Origin: Tubiluchus corallicola
Lineage: Eukaryota > Animalia > Priapulida
Length of the DNA stretch: 64,000 bases
Assembly (NCBI GenBank): GCA_030141605.1
Contig: JAQGDQ010000590.1
Span: 1 to 64,000, forward strand
Reading direction: 5' to 3'
Below, piece by piece: positions 25,359-36,670 of this stretch. Made by a program: the position numbers and the translations under genes. Position 1 is the first letter of the stretch; each line of letters opens with the position of its first letter. The notes beneath the pieces are model-generated. The model worked only from the letters and a program-made list of their open reading frames with translations. It made no database searches and was not told the DNA's origin.

Positions 25359-27409
25359 GTTAAGCTGTGAGGTTGCCCTGAATGTTTACCTTAGCTAAAT
25401 CATTCTAGTAGCTAGTGACCTCCGGTACTGCAAATGACTATTTTTTTGCTATTGGCAGACATCATGCCATCTTTTTTGTAGCTGATTTATTTAAGTAAAA
25501 TTTCATTCTGAAATAAACAAAGAAATTAAGTGGTGTAAATGCCATATAGGACAATTGCGTTTGTTTTATATGTAATGCAGCATAATTTGTATCACATAAC
25601 GAGCATGCTTTGGGCTGTGAAATGTGTGATGTGGGGCAATGTAAAGAGCCGGTACATCAGATGCTGGGTTTGCTTAGGGCACCAGCACACCTTGAACCAT
25701 CCATAGTTCACACTAGTAAAATTTCGTAGAAAGTAACTCCCAAATGTGTTCAGACTGGAGACCAAAACGGTGAGTTACTCTCTGGCAGTAAGTGCAAGCC
25801 GACACTCCCTTCTCTATTTATTACGAAAAGTGTCGAAAGTAACCCACAGAGACGGTCACGATAGACGGTAAATCAATTCGCAGCAAATGTCGAATAGTTT
25901 GCAGACAGAAAACTCGCTACTCTGATTGCGTAGTAAAAGTTCTAGCTCACATTTCCACTCATACAATCCCTCGTTTCATCAAGTTGACCTCATTTAAAAT
26001 TTTTCGCCATTACTTTTACAGTTTACAGTAATACTAATACAGTTTACAAATTTAAATTTTTTTTAATCCAATCAAATGAAAAGAAATCAGCATTTCAATG
26101 AATCACAACACTTGCATCTGATTTAATATGAAATTCAATTCAATTCAATTCAAAAAATGATTTATTTCTAATATAATATTTATAGCGCAAATACAACACA
26201 TTATGTAAAGTGTGTAGAGATGGGGTGGCGAAACAACAGCAGGTCATCGAGTCAGCCGCCCCTACATAACTTAGGAATAGTATAAAGCACGGCAGAGTAT
26301 ATGGTTCGGTGAATAATACGCAGTTAGATCTTAAGTGTAGCAAATAAACAAAATGCAATGCAGTTAAATCATGATTATACCAATGGAAAAAAGCAAGCAA
26401 ATAATGCAGTTAAGTCATGAATGCAACTACAGAAATGCATGCAATGCATTTAAATTACAAATGCAGTGAATGAACGAAAATGTAGTTAAATCATGAATGC
26501 AACAAATAAACAAAAGGAAGAAAATTTGTGCAGTAAATCTTAAATGTAGTAAATGAACAAAAGCAATCAGTAATCATAATGTGATAAATAAACACAAAAA
26601 GCAAGCAATGCAGTCAATTTATAAATGCAGCTAATAAATGCAAAGCAACCAAAAAAACTGTAACTAAATTTTAAATGTGACAGTTTAAAAAAGCAAAATT
26701 TAATCATAAATATAGCAAATATATTCAGGCAGGCAAGCAAGCATATCTCCAATCGGACTGGAGATATTCAGCAACTGACCACAATGGACCAAAGTTTCAA
26801 GCTAACCAATAGCAAATCCAATAAAGCACAGTGTTTTTTTATTTTTAGAAATAGCATAGTAAACCCATGTAATGCATTACCAGCACCAACTGTAACAATC
26901 GTAAAGGCCTTGGGCTACATACAAACAAAGCACCAACTGTGGTCAAATTTTCAACTGCTATTGTAAATGTAATGCAAAGAGTAATGTAAAGATTTTAAGG
27001 GGACATGAGCACTGGACATAGCAGTTAGCAAATTTTGCTAGGAGTACGATATTTCAAATTATTTCAATGATAAAGAACGAAATACAATTGAAACAATTAG
27101 TTCACAATTTTAGGTAAAAATCAAATTCAAATTAAAAAATTTATTCAACTGAAATGTTGGATGTTCAGTAGTTTAGCTGCACTCTTCAACAATGTTAATC
27201 TCTGTCTTGATTAGATTAGGTTAGATTTCGAACACTCTACCATAAATTTAAATAGTGAAACCGATGTATTTAAGTATAGTTTAAAACAGACTTAGGCATG
27301 TTAATTAGAGCAGTAAACTTTTAAGAACTGTCTCAAAATTTTTTGCAATACACCATAATTTATTATCTGTATATCTATCTCTCTATATCATAGTTCATAA
27401 GCAAAAATT

Positions 27410-27780
27410 TGCAAAGTGCGCATGCGCCGAAAATTCAAGCACTAGGCCTTGAATTAATCTAGTAAAAGCAAAATATCAATTTCAGCCAAACTCCCAATCC
27501 CCGTATGACAAGCGGGAAATTATGTTTATTTGCAAATAAAATGTATTGTTAAAAATCTAATTAGACAATTTCTTGTTTTGACAGCAAAATATGATTAAAC
27601 AATAATTGTATTCGATGAAAAACGCTCACATTAATGTTGAAAATCATACAACCTACTAAGCAAAAGGGAAACGACGAGTTCGCTGGCAGCGCCACCACGT
27701 CAAAGAACTACCCACAATTCCACTCTCATAACAGAAGAACGTGTTCGTCGTGTTGCTTGCACGAAGTTTGTGTTTAAGAA
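27410..27780. promoter_or_regulatory. Candidate bidirectional promoter between ZNF532-like (-) and ANAPC11 (+)
   Basis: NRF1-type TGCGCATGCGC at 27417-27427, Staf/ZNF143-like TACCCACAATTCC at 27709-27721, local CpG enrichment, minus-strand donor aat|gtgagc near 27629. Confidence 0.5.
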
Positions 27781-29160
27781 TTTACGCTTGTTACTGTTGT
27801 TTTGATTTTCGTATCTCTCACAATTTTATTCTCAGGAGTCAAAGAAATTGTTTGAATTGCTCTTAGTTTAGCGAATTGTGTAATGACTGATGAGTTATTT
27901 TATAGCACAGAAATCAAATGAATGGATACAGGATAATGCAAATATTTGCCTGGCTTCAAAGAGTTATGTGGTTAGCACTGAGACAGGGAGAAATCACCTT
28001 TCAGCGCTGATTTAAACTTGTTTACTAAATTTATTTTATTTAATCCAAAACTTAATCTGCTTGTCTGATATAATTTAACACCTTATGTACAAAAACGTTG
28101 CTACCAGGCTCAAGCAGATTTGGGGCAGTCCATTCATTCACAGGTCTACAGGTTGTAGTGAAACTCAAATCGATTCAAAAGACAAAAATGTACTTTGGCA
28201 ACTGTACTTGACAAAACAATCACTTTAATTTTCAGTGTGGGTTTGACTAAGAAGAGGTGAATCTAGGAAATGGGAATTACTTTTCACCTGCCTATCTTAA
28301 AAAATACGCAAACTATCAAAAATACACTTTATTTTTTCATTTTGCTGTTGCTTTTGTCACATGTTATGAAAAAAATGTGGTCTTGTAAAATTTCGCACTC
28401 GTTTTATAATAGTTTGTGCCCTGGCAATACTGTGCCGTACCTAAATGGTTCTAAAATGTGGCTGGTTTTTTATCCATGGTTTTGTTAACTGGTGATCAGC
28501 GTAATACAATTAATAGTATTGATACTATTAATAGAATTGTTACTAAATTAATTTCTTTGTGATTTTTTGCTAGCAAAAGTGTCTAGTATACTTAATTCTG
28601 CATTACAGTACATAGTTCTAGCTCTTATGCGTCTGATATAATGACTGTGCCACATTAAACATGTTTTATTTTTTCTCTGGGTTTTTTATTACTTACTTCA
28701 CAGCGTATGTATATGCATATAAAAGCACAAAAACACTCTTCGTAAATAAAGCTTAAAAAATTCGTCTCGAGATTTTTGTATCACTTATATGCTGTCTTAT
28801 TGCATACAGAGCTTGTGTTAGGAGTAACACTGTATAAACTTGTACAATTTAAACTCCCACGATGACAGTTAAGTGCAGTCATTTTGAGGGTAAGTTGTTT
28901 GAAACAAGTATTGATAACATTGTGCAAAGTTTCAAAAAATAACTACAGCATTTGTGGCACACAGTTCACTAACTAAACAAAAGTTAAATTATTTTATAAT
29001 TACTTTGTATTGTTAATAAAATAAATAATGTGTTTTTTGGTGAGCCAGTGGAGCACTTTGGGATAGCAGTGCACTGCCATTTTATCAGGTAGTGCGAATA
29101 TTTGAAATTATTTCAATTTCTTTTTTCCAGTTACATTAGTCTTTCAAACATATAGGCGTA

Positions 29161-29667
29161 CAGTGTTCCCTCGCTACTTTGCGGTTCGTTTATCGCGGAC
29201 TCGCTGTTTCGTGGGTTTTCACAGATATATTAATGTAAAATATTTATCTCGGTATTTTTGCTGTTTCGCGGGTTTTTGCGGTACCCCGTCTAAAGTATTT
29301 TTGCTCATGCGCAGTACTTATTGTACAGCAATGAATAGATTTGATGAATTTTGCATAAAAAATCACAAAATGTATAAAAATATAGTAAAGGTATTAATTC
29401 TAACATTAAAAGAATATTATAAATCATAAAAAATTACCATTTACAGTAAATAGTGTATTTATTCGGCAGATGAATGCACACCAAAAATCGGGAGATCGTT
29501 GCCATTTTGCTGCAGTTGGCCGCCATTACAGGATCGTTATATCAAGAGTGTGGAGAGGGTTTATAAAGACTTAAAATAATGTATAAGTACTAAAATAAAG
29601 TATAGCGTCCCTGCTTCGAGGAAATTCACTTATCGCGGGTGGGCCTGGAACAGAACGCGATAAGTGA
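29161..29667 (+). mobile_element. Tigger/pogo-like MITE; inverted relative at 61398-62006
   Basis: TA|CAGTGTTCCCTCGCTACTTTGCGGTTCG end; reverse-complement match to 61700-62006. Confidence 0.7.
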
Positions 29668-30438
29668 TCGAACATTGCAATGCTAACTTATATACACAGA
29701 CTAATGCATAATTAAGTAAAGTCCACGTAAAACAACTGAAGTTACTGAACTGATGTTTTGCTTTACACACATGTCACGTGATGGTTGTAGTTAAGACGCG
29801 TTGCTATGGTACATTTAACTTTTGATCTAAAGCAACCGTGCGTGCGCACAACGAAACTGCTAAAACACTTTTAATATTTTTAAATATGTTTCAAACAAAT
29901 GCATTTGATTGTCATAGCTGTGCATTTATAATAATTATAATAATGTTCACTAGAATTGCTATGCATTTTAGAGATGGGCGATTTCGAAATTTTGTAATTT
30001 GATTATAATCTAGTTCTTGTAACTCGATATCACGATTAATCTTTTGGAACCTTTTCTAGTGTTTTAACCATATTTTTCAAACATTGCAGCCCTGAAATAT
30101 AGCCTATAAACTTTTTAGTAGCTGTTTTTCGTACTTGTAAACTATTTTTGTAGATGTACATTCATTGATTGCTCTATCATTATGTCAACTGCACACGTGA
30201 AAACGAATTTGAAGCTCTACTTTTCAACACTGTGGTTTGCAATTGTAGGCATTGTGTACGGTGAGAACAACGAAAAAATGTAAGAGTTCAGTTCATTTGT
30301 GCCTAAAACACTGCCAAGCATTTTGATTAATCTCGATTAATTCGATTACTGTTCAATCACCGGTTATATAAATTTATACATGGTTATAATCTCGATCAGA
30401 CTATGGCCAAATCACGTTGAAAACACCAGTTCTCACAA

Positions 30439-30812
30439 GCAGCCAACGGCGAAGGGCGAAGGAGGTCATGTGACCCAACGGCCATGTGTAGAGGAGTAAA
30501 CCTTCCAAATCAGGAGTGGAGCCCCGAAGGCAGACCAGTGCAGCATGCTGTCTGACTCCGGCAACTCCTGCAGCCAACCTGGTGCCAAACGTATTGCTCC
30601 GCTTTCTTTTGGACTACACCAGCGAGGAAGACAGGGGGTTCCTGTTGTCTGGGCAACTCAGGATCTCCATACACCTTGCCTAGGCATGCACCCTAGAGAC
30701 GTTCAAGAATCGCACTGCTCAGACACAGTCGATGCTGCAGCTGCCTCATTGTGATCAATAACTGACTCTCTTGGCTTACACTCCATTGTCTTTGGAGACA
30801 GAAGAATGCCAA
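30439..30812 (+). mobile_element. RTE-like 5' fragment, second copy, nested in a TAG...CTA MITE (about 29969-30849)
   Basis: Homology to 17496-17853; flanking tagagatgggcgatt / aatcgcccgccacta inverted ends. Confidence 0.55.
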
Positions 30813-30927
30813 CTGTAATCTTGATTAATCTGTCAATCGCCCGCCACTAATTTATGCCTTCATAATGCAGTTAGTGTGGTGACTAATTTTCCTATTCATC
30901 TGTTTCAGAGAACATGACTTATGAAAG

Positions 30928-31066
30928 ATGAAGGTCAAGGTCAAGTACTGGACAGCGGTGGCAACTTGGCGCTGGATAGCCAACGACGATAATTGTGGGA
31001 TCTGCCGAATGGCCTTTGACGGTTGTTGCCCCGATTGTAAAATACCTGGAGACGACTGTCCTTTGG
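30928..31066 (+). CDS. ANAPC11: Anaphase-promoting complex subunit 11, coding exon 1 (MKVKVKYWTAVATWRWIANDDNCGICRMAFDGCCPDCKIPGDDCPL)
   Basis: Near-identical to APC11 RING-H2 N-terminus; g|gtgagc donor. Not in ORF track. Confidence 0.97.
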
Positions 31067-31185
31067 GTGAGCATCAACGTTAATGTACTAATTTACGTTG
31101 AATTCTTAGTTACTGTTGTGTTAAAGGTCATATGCGTGCTTGAAAATCAAAAACGTCTGTAAGTCGGCATAGTTAAAACTATGTT

Positions 31186-31461
31186 AATAATAATAATAAT
31201 AATAATCTTTATTTAAAGTCGGCTTTTGGGTCAACAATTAACATTAGCTCAAAGAGCTATTATCGCCGACTGTAAATAACAACCTACATCTACATAACAG
31301 AGACTATTATTTCCCCACTTTTACCCTAAATACCACGTGTCAGGCAGGGCAGAGAAGGTACCATTCTTAAAGTCTTTGGTATGACCCGGCCGCTGGTTCG
31401 AACTCACGACCTCAAAGATGGAAAGCAGACGCATTACTACTAGACTAAACCATCTGGTCGA
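31186..31461 (-). mobile_element. tRNA-derived SINE (Meta-domain-like) with (TTA)n tail
   Basis: On - strand: A box TAGTCTAGTAG, B box GTTCGAACC, central gggtcataccaaagactttaagaatggtacc, (TTA)n tail. Confidence 0.8.
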
Positions 31462-32523
31462 CATGTTATTATGCTTCAAAGTACAATGCACCAAAAATAT
31501 GGTCAGATGTCAATTTCTGTTTTTTTTTTTGTAAAAACAAACTCTAAATATAAATATATCGGATTTTTATATTCTAGCATCAAAATTATTAAGAAAATGT
31601 TAAAAAGGTTACTAAAAATCTAATTTTATAACCGGATATTCACTTTTTTTGTCTAGAAACTAGTATTGCAATTGTAAAAAATTCCTATTTTCAAACTCCA
31701 ATTGTAGCTCCTGGAAGCTTTCATTTTGCTTCTGGTTTTTTCTATTCCAAGCCCAAATCGTCGTCAGGAAGAGCCATCTACTGGATTTAAATGCAAATTC
31801 AATGCGTTCTTGCAAAGTCCATAGCAACTAACATTTGCGCAGTTGCTAAGTATCTTGCAGAAACGCGACCAAAAACAATGGCTAACTTTAACAGTGATTT
31901 TCTCAAGATTATGTTTTTCAGTGCTTAGCCTGCACTGCAACTTCAACGTGGATTATCTCAGCTTAGAAATGACATAGAGCGATGAACTTGGTATCAAAAT
32001 GATCCCCGTGAAATAGAGATTCAAGATATGTGAATAACTAGAAAGGCTTAATTGCCAACTTATAGACGATTTTGCTATGCAAGCACACATTGCATAAGCT
32101 GCTTACATAGTACAGTAAGTCCTCATATAACGATGCTGATGCATTCCGGCAAAACATGCCGTTAAGTGAAACATCGTTAAATGAAACCATGAAAAGTAAT
32201 GTAAAAGAAGCGAGACACCTTTCACAAGTAAAAATCAGTGCTGCTTAATTTAGAAAATTAAACATTCTATGAGTCTTAGTCATATTTCTACTAATAAATT
32301 TCCTCCTTGAAGCCACTTTTCTTACTAATATGTAGCTAGTAGTTTCTCTTTTATCACTGAATCCCTAGGTAGTTAGCGACTAAACACTGCATAATGGAAG
32401 CCAAGCCCTGGGGTTGCTTTTTGACAATTTTGTCTGGATATTGGTCGCTGGCTTCAAAGAAAATTCCCGAGGTGCATAAATCATTGCAAATAGATCTCAC
32501 TTGATACAACAGCCAGCTGCTAC

Positions 32524-32524
<1 letters not shown>

Positions 32525-32565
<41 letters not shown>

Positions 32566-32680
32566 TAATAATATTGATAATAATAATAATAACTGCAACA
32601 ATAACAACAATAGCAACAACAGTAACAGCATCGACAACCACAACACGATTGACAACGATGACAATGACTGTGACGACAGC
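32525..32680. repeat. (AAT)n/(AAC)n/(GAC)n compound trinucleotide tract
   Basis: Direct inspection. Confidence 0.9.
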
Positions 32681-32884
32681 ATTCAGCAGTCAATCAGTTT
32701 AACTATCAAAAAGCTCAGGCGATTCAAATAGTAGTTAGTTGGTGGACCAGCTATCATTTAACACTTCAGACACGTTTATCAAACAGCAACGACATTGAAG
32801 TACCAACAACCTACTGTAGAGGAAGAAAAGGAAGAAGAAGAAGAAGAACAACAACAACGATGACGATATGAATAACACACTCGC

Positions 32885-33125
32885 TCTTATCTTTATTTAA
32901 AGTCGGTTTTTTTCGATCAACAATTAACATAAGGTCCAAAGAGCTTTTGGGCCGACTGTAAATGACAGTCTATACCTATATGACAGAGACTATTATTACC
33001 ACACTTGTAATCCAGAACCGCACGGCAGGCAGGACAACAGTTTTGGAATTACCCGGCCGCTGTATTGAACTCACGACCTCCCAGAGGAAAGCGGATGCGT
33101 TAGCACTTGACGGAACCGTCTGGTA
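32885..33125 (-). mobile_element. Same SINE family, diverged copy
   Basis: Shares tctttatttaaagtcgg...gccgactgtaaat...ccggccgctg..ttgaactcacgacctc with 31186-31461. Confidence 0.7.
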
Positions 33126-33644
33126 GCATTTCTAAATAGTCCTCTTTTCTCTTCTCAGAAAGAGAATTTCAGCCTAATGCAAGTATTGCAGGATAAACTT
33201 GTAATTTTGTTCTTGTGCTCACCACTAGATGTCATTAGTGACCAACCAAGCATAAGAACAGTGGTTTTGCTTCATAGTATCTGTGTGCTCATTGCTGCTC
33301 AGTGCCATCTTAAGCAGCTAATCAGCTATGCTAGTAAAGAACTTGGCAATACAAAGTATTTAGAGTTTTCCTAGATTTTCAAAGTACAGTTTGTACAGTT
33401 TTTATTTGTGGCATTTAGTTACTTACTTTTCTAGCACTTAATAATCCGCATTTTTTAAATTGGCTGTAATCTTAATATCTGTTAGTAACTTGCAAAATGA
33501 CAAAACTAGACCCGGACATTGTGCTATCCAATGCTACGCATTAAAATAATAATAATAATAAATCTCTTTATTGCATCTGTTATACAGCATCTAAATGATA
33601 CATAATAAAAATACACTTTCACAGTGGGCTATACAAGCAGTTAA

Positions 33645-34228
33645 AGGAAGACAGGATGATTTTTCATGCACTACTCCATTTTCAAGTCGGATAAAAAGTA
33701 TACATTTTAACACAATTAATACTGTAAAAGCGTTTCTGATAATTAATTGATAGATTAAAAACGGCAGGCGAGAACAACTATTGATGACATCACAGACTAA
33801 CATAATTTTCAACAGCAGAAATATTCCATAAGCGTGTCACATATGTTTATGAAAGCGAAAATTGAAGTACAGTGTTAATGTAAGATACTCAGTGTGTTGT
33901 ACTAAAACTAGGCAGGTTTTAAGATAAAAATTCAAATTTCAAATTTACTGCTGCACTCACACACAAGTTGTCAAATGTGTGTAGTTCGTCACAAACAAAC
34001 ACATCTAGACTGAGAGGTACAGCACCTGATTTTTGTGAAATGCTCTGTAACCAACAAATGGCAAAACACATGTAACAGCGAAGAACTAGTGGCGGGAAAA
34101 CGAAATTGCATTTGTGTGGTAATAATTCTTTTACATAAATCATTCTTGAAAAACTTATACGTTTCGTTTCAATATTTTAAAGAGCAGGTTGTTTTGACCT
34201 ACAGTTTAACATTGGGTCCGGTTTTGCT
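33645..34228 (-). mobile_element. Family Y element, apparently full length, TTAA on both sides
   Basis: TTAA|AGGAAGACAGG ... CCGGTTTTGCT|TTAA. Confidence 0.8.
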
Positions 34229-34318
34229 TTAAGTGTTAACAGTGTTCTTGTTTCTTTCCTTTAAGTAGCACAGAATTTTTATAAAAAAATAAAAAAGTGC
34301 ACTTTGGGCATCAGTTTT

Positions 34319-34593
34319 GACTAGACGGTTTAGTCTAGTGGTAATGCGTCTGCTTTCCATCTGGGAGGTTGTGAGTTCGAACCAGCGGCCGGGTTTTACC
34401 AAAGACTTTAAAAATGGTACCTGCTGTTGCCCTGCCTGACGCGTGGTATTTAGGGTAAAAGTGGGGTAATAATAGCCTCTGTTATGTAGTTGTAGGTTGT
34501 TATTTACAGTCGGCGATAATAGCTCTTTGAGCTCAATGTTAATTGTTTACCCAAAAGCCGACTTTAAATAAAGATTATTATTATTATTATTAC

Positions 34594-34632
<39 letters not shown>

Positions 34633-34635
34633 TAT
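34319..34635 (+). mobile_element. Same SINE family, + copy with long (TTA)n tail
   Basis: A box TAGTCTAGTGG, B box GTTCGAACC, ccaaagactttaaaaatggtacc core. Confidence 0.85.
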
Positions 34636-34748
34636 AGTAATCCTGGCGTTCATTTGTGATGTGTTGAGCACCGGCAGAGTCAGATGATCATCTGAATTGT
34701 TGATTTTTTTGGAGTTGCTGGTATAAAAGATTTTATTCTCTACTTCAG

Positions 34749-34864
34749 TTTGGGGTCAGTGTTCTCACTGTTTTCATATCCACTGCATTATGAAGTGGCT
34801 GAATTCTCAACAGATGCACCAACAGTGTCCGATGTGCAGACAGGAGTGGAAATTCAAGGAGTAA
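34749..34864 (+). CDS. ANAPC11: ANAPC11 coding exon 2 (VWGQCSHCFHIHCIMKWLNSQQMHQQCPMCRQEWKFKE*)
   Basis: cttcag acceptor, phase 1; joined product is 84 aa with complete RING-H2. Confidence 0.97.
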
Positions 34865-35077
34865 CTCTCCCCGTTCCTCTCCCCGTTCACACCTTCACAA
34901 ACACCAGGTATGTTTATCGCTGCATGTTTAGCTTCTGATGCTTATTTAGTGAAATGTTGTTCGAACGCCTTGAAGGCTATGTAATTTTTGTGCCATTTAG
35001 GAAAGAGAATGAATTATTTTCCCATCAGTATAGCCTTCATTCATTTTAGCAAAAGTTGCAATCTGATATTTTACTGT

Positions 35078-36279
35078 AACGGGTGGTGCAAAAAAATATG
35101 CCGAAGTTTGGAGTACAATGATAAAAGATATCGGCAATGTTATAATGTCACATTGCAGTAATACAGCACATTAGCTTTTGGCTGTGCAAGTTTCAAGTTC
35201 ACAGCTTTAGTGGGTTTTAAAATATCCCTAAAAGGCCAATAGTAAAGTTTGCGTATTAAAAATTGCAAGGAGCTTACAATTCTCCACACAATTTGAATAC
35301 CCTAACCCCAGCTCTAACTCTAAATTTAACATAAGCTTAAGCCTAACAATAACCCCAAACCCTAATCCTAACCCTAATCCTAACCTAACCTTAATCCTAA
35401 TCTGCTTCACGACTTTTCATCCACTTATTTCTTGTGTGGGGGAAATTGTAAATTTTGGCAAAAAAATTAAAAAATTAAAATTAATTCTGGCGAAGCCGGA
35501 ACAATGTCACCTAACCATCAATTAGACAACAACCTTGTCGACGTATAAAACACTTAATACATGCCCGCAAAGCAAGAATAGAAATATACAGATAAAGATC
35601 TGTCATCTAGAAAAAATGGAACTTAGTCCACTGGATTACGTTATCTGGAATTCCCTCAAAGAGAAAGTTTACAATGGTCATACAGAGCTGTTTGATTGAA
35701 ACGGACTAACCACAAAATTTTTTTTCGACCAATTACATCTCAAAGACGCGAAAAACTGTTTGAAAAAAATTCCTTCGTCTAGTTTACATTGAAAATGGTG
35801 AACTGTCCTATGGCGCAAACAGGACGGCAGTCGCTGGCCTGCACAGGATAATTCAGTGTTATCATTGTTCTAGTCTCCTTGTCCGTAAACAGACCAAAAG
35901 TCGACGCCGAGGCATCTCGCTCTGCCTCGTCGTTTCCATGTACCCTGCCGGCATTTTCTTTGTCATTTTTGCCCAGTAATAACTGGTTCTGCCACTAAAG
36001 GTAGTCAGGCTAAAGTGCAGGGGTCCAAAGTCGCGACCCAGCAGCTTGGCTGTTTCTTCCCGTCTATCCAACCAAAACGTTAGGTCGCCACGAGGTATGT
36101 GCATCTCCTTTTAGCCACTTATCACTGGAATGTGGCCGGTTGGCACGGCCGGCGGGTAGGAGTACGACTTTGCTACCAGTCTGAGTGGCTGCGAGGTCAG
36201 CCTCTGCCTGTGACGAGGTCAAGGCCAGACTGCAACCTACAATTGAACTTGTTTCAGCAGCTTGCTCTTGCTGCAGGGA

Positions 36280-36310
<31 letters not shown>

Positions 36311-36670
36311 ATGCGTTTCAGTGTCACCAAAAGATGGTGGCGTGCTACGTTGGCCTCCCACCGTGGAAGTTTACCGGTTGGGACCTCGTGGAGGTGTAGG
36401 CACAACTTTTCCGACGAGTCAAATCCGAATTGCAACAATATGGTTTCAGATTTGCAAACAAAAGTTGCAAATTTTAAAAATTTTGACAAGGCATTTTTTC
36501 CTGCATTTTTTTTAAAAATTCCATATCTTTGAAGAAATCTATGATTGAAAACCTACGCTGTTTATACATAAGCATACGTGACATCAGTGTGATGACCTTC
36601 AAAGTCTTTTATTTTCTTCAAGTGGCATGATAACCAAAACTTCGGCACATTTTTATTTTGCCACCTAGTA
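35078..36670 (+). mobile_element. Decayed Tc1/mariner-superfamily element with transposase remnant
   Basis: Imperfect TIRs (gggtggtgcaaaaaaatatgccgaagttt / aaacttcggcacatttttattttgccacc); remnant ELSPLDYVIWNSLKEKVY at about 35619-35672 matches the SPDLxPxDY..W..LK..VY motif. Similar TIR at about 55325. Confidence 0.65.

Noticed and set aside
32354-32731. Poly-Asn / poly-Ile / poly-Leu ORFs
   Set aside because: Trinucleotide tract within the ANAPC11 intron.
35300-35402. Telomere or fusion site
   Set aside because: Short, highly degenerate CCCTAA-like tract embedded in a transposon remnant.
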